The notes under the pieces: generated by a model
What the model was told of the DNA's origin: nothing
What the model saw: the letters and a program-made list of their open reading frames with translations, nothing else
Database searches by the model: none
Program-made: the position numbers and the translations under genes
In this document: positions 60,961 to 64,000 of the stretch, piece by piece
Layout: each line of letters starts with the position of its first letter
Numbering within the stretch: position 1 is the first letter of the stretch
Origin: Eukaryota sp. GEM-RC1
Lineage: Eukaryota
Assembly (NCBI GenBank): GCA_040285855.1
Contig: JAUFOQ010000017.1
Location: 1,178,001 to 1,242,000, forward strand
DNA: 64,000 nt
Direction of reading: 5' to 3'

Positions 60961-61365
60961 ATGTTTCCTCCTTCGACTTACTCTTCACAAACAAAGGGAT
61001 ACTCATGTTATCGGCTCCCTGCAGACCAACGCCAGAGTCTATTATCCATGGCTCCGCCCAAATATCCAGATGTTGTTGCAGAACACATCACTTATGAGTT
61101 CAATGTTCCTGAAAGCATACCCCCTGCCGTTACCAACGCGTATATAGTTGGATATGCCGCCGCTAATGGAGTCGAAGCAGTTGTAGTTGAAATCAATGGT
61201 TCTATTGTTCGTCCGGATGGGATGTGGTTCCATATAACGTATTCGCTTGACAAATCTCAAGGAAGAACTGCTATCCAAAGTAACAACTTGTTGATGGATG
61301 GATGGATGGACCTTCGGCAGAAAGTACCACTGGAACTCGAACCATGCTTTGTGCCATTTGGATGA
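60961..61365 (+). CDS. 2H phosphoesterase (cyclic phosphodiesterase-like)
   Basis: Two HxT motifs, AEHITYEF and WFHITYSL, with GVEAVVV, RPDG and SNNLL context; intronless. Confidence 0.75.
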   Translation: MFPPSTYSSQTKGYSCYRLPADQRQSLLSMAPPKYPDVVAEHITYEFNVPESIPPAVTNAYIVGYAAANGVEAVVVEINGSIVRPDGMWFHITYSLDKSQGRTAIQSNNLLMDGWMDLRQKVPLELEPCFVPFG

Positions 61366-61695
61366 CACAACATCTCTTAATGAAGTTTCCCTCAATTGAA
61401 CAAACTCAAGTATATTTTAGAAACTTAGTTTGTATGTGAATCAAACTACCACATTTGTAGACTTAGCATTATCAACATAATAAAACAGAGTGCCCACATT
61501 GTGAAATAATGACATTGTATATGTATTTTAGAAGTAGGTAAAAATGAAGAATATATACCAATTGAAACAGTTCAATACTTTCGCATTGATACGAAGTACA
61601 TGAAATATCGAATAAATGTTCTGTATTCATCATTGATATTTGAAATTTTTGAACAAGAGAATTCATAACTACACAATTATACAGCAAAACAAATA

Positions 61696-63290
61696 CTAGG
61701 CCTTCAAGATATTGACAATCAACTCATGAGCTAAGGTTCGTAACCTATCAAGTCGATCAGAATTTTTGATTATAAAATCAACATCCTTTTGCAAAATTTC
61801 AGTAATTTGATCGACAATGCACTCCAACTTCCCCCTGTCTAAACTCAAACATTTCCCTAAAGTCATCAGAATCAACACCATAAATGAAACAATAAGACCA
61901 TTTCAAATGAACTCTACCAAGAATCAACACATCAAGAGCATCGAAAACAAAGTCTACACTAACAACAGCAGTTGGATTAGAATCAAAATGCTGATTGATG
62001 AGCCCTTCTAATCGCTCTCGCAATCCGACCTCCAAATCATAACCCTGAGAATGATTGACAAATCTATCATGGCAAAGATTCCACCGACGAAGCTGGCGAA
62101 TCTCTTTATCACCACCTCCACGTTTTGTTTTGTTATCACTGGTACGACTACACCCATAGTAATCACCATGCGACCTCCAATCAGCCATACAGGACCAACA
62201 AAATTCGTAACGACACGATGAACACGTCATATGAAGACAACCTCTAAAATTAGTAATCATTTAAATAATTAAACATACCCATTCTTTTCAATCTTTTTAG
62301 CACAACTAGGACACTCCTTTGTGTTCTCCTTTAGCCAAATACTTGACAACTTATCCAGAGCACCTTTATCTTCCCACACCTTCACGTCATCACAACTAGC
62401 AGGTCGATGATCCTCTTGAAAGGCGCATTTAGGACAGAATGTCTTACCACAAGCACATTCTAAAAAGTCTGGGGTTGGGTCTGGTTTAGAAACAATTCTA
62501 CAACATCCTGGATGAGGGCAGTAAACATATCTACGTGAGGAAGTAACGAAATGATCAACCAAGTACTTCTCGTATTTGGCTCTCACGTCATCAGAAACTT
62601 TACTGACTACGAACTCGGGGTCGGCAATCACAGGACAATCAGCCATGAGGATACACTTGATCTCTACTGAGTTGGAACCTTCTATTTGACTCTTGAGATA
62701 GACCGAGTAACATTCAGCACATCCAGCGTGACCACAGCATAGGCAGTACCAGGGATCTTCTATTTCCATGTAGCAGGCCTGGCAGTGAGTGTTGACGGGA
62801 ACTTTTGGCGGGAAAACTAAGGACTTGTCAATTTTGAGATATTTGGAGTCAGATATGAGAGCCATTCCTTTCTCAGCGTAGAGTTCACACAGCTTGGAGA
62901 AGTCCCACTTGAGGCGGCTGAGGAGAGCGAGAATGCAATGGAGGGAGGGAGGCGGGTGAGCTCGGTTGTTCTGGATATTTCGTAGTAGATGCAATTAAGA
63001 AGTTCTTCTTGTGAGAATGTTGTACCCCCCGAGGACTGAGCATGCACGGGGGTGGAGGTCATGGGAACATGTACAAAGTCTGAGCTAGGCGAGAAGTCGT
63101 CTAATCCTTCGAACTCTTCAAGTGAGAACGACGAAAGTATGTTGTTCGAGCCCAATAGTTCATGAGATGGAACGCTCTGTGAAGATTGAAGAACGTCCGT
63201 TCCGGTGTCTTGAGAAGAATAAGTACCGTCACTCTTAGGGATTTTTGGAGGCGGAATGCCCTGAGAGGCGTTGTGTTGCAGATGGTACAT
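61696..63290 (-). CDS. ARIH1: Ariadne-family RBR E3 ubiquitin ligase (35-nt intron 62244-62278; frameshifts)
   Basis: RING1 CQAC...CGHAGCAEC, IBR YCPHPGC...CACGKTFCPKC..EDHRPASC, Rcat NTKECPSCAKKIEKNGGCLHMTC, Ariadne domain RFVNH...LKWSYCF. Confidence 0.85.
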
Positions 63291-63487
63291 GACAAAAGTA
63301 CAATTTACAAAAACTTTAATAATTCCCACTATAAGTTAATACACAAGTATGTATTTAGGAGACTCTACCAATGTTCACAATGAGTTCGATTAACCGCAAT
63401 TCAATAAAAAACTAAGACTAAATCCAAAATACTTCATCTTTGTTTAATAAAAGACTTCGATTTTCGACAAAATTCCTAGGTATTGTC

Positions 63488-63610
63488 CAGGCGTGGGAAA
63501 ACAATATTGCAATAAATATTTATATTTTTTAGCCACAAAATAAATATTGCAATTCTGAAATAGTGCCAATAAATATTGCAATTATTCGACCAATATTGCA
63601 ATATTGCAAC
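63488..63610 (+). mobile_element. Probable hAT-type left end
   Basis: CAGGCGTGGGAAAAC followed by an array of AATATTGCAAT palindromes, same layout as the other hAT ends here; partner end not in window. Confidence 0.45.
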
Positions 63611-64000
63611 AACATGAATCAAATTATGTATTTATTACAAAAAAACTCACATATTCTATTGTTCATCATCATCAAAATTATCCGAAATAATCTCAATACC
63701 GTTATCTACATCTTGAAATTTGAGAAACCGCTCCCAGATTTAACAAAGAGGGGTGTAGTATCAGGGCATTTTCTGCACTTCCAGGCTGTTTTTCCTTCGG
63801 GAGTATTGCTTGGTTGAGAATCTAACTTCGTACAGTAGAATAGTGCTGTTTCTTTGGGCTTCGTCATTAGAAGTAATTATGACAATGTAGAATCAGAAGT
63901 GTGAGGGAAAGAATTTACATTGTACTTCTAGTTCACAGTCGAACTGAGCTCAAATGACAGACATTATGACAATACACCAACTACAATTCATTACCGATAA

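Overview
AT-rich, compact eukaryotic (protist-type) genomic DNA with very short GT-AG introns (27-35 nt) and many single-base frameshifts in homopolymer runs, probably largely long-read assembly errors. Housekeeping genes include Notchless/NLE1, a SUN-domain protein, a dynein intermediate chain, an Ariadne RBR ligase, an amino-acid transporter, a lipase, tRNA-Glu(CTC), and BTB, LRR, TPR and SH3-PH proteins. They are interspersed with many hAT, pogo/Tc1 and RLE non-LTR remnants and with several prokaryote/virus-like genes (CoA-disulfide reductase-rhodanese, 2H phosphoesterase, DUF3990-like, DUF2828-VWA). The standout is a ~4.3 kb minus-strand locus (26171-30449) that reconstructs as one polypeptide: Ulp1/C48 cysteine protease, then a PolB-type DEDDy 3'-5' exonuclease, then a Fanzor1 (TnpB-derived RNA-guided RuvC nuclease). 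The exonuclease-Fanzor junction lies within one uninterrupted ORF, and the RuvC-III Asp is replaced by Asn. A second notable structure is a ~7.3 kb nested insertion carrying a C2H2-PHD-SET gene (itself split by a hAT) that interrupts a Crinkler-type REase-kinase gene. All family calls come from motif recognition by eye; no searches were run.
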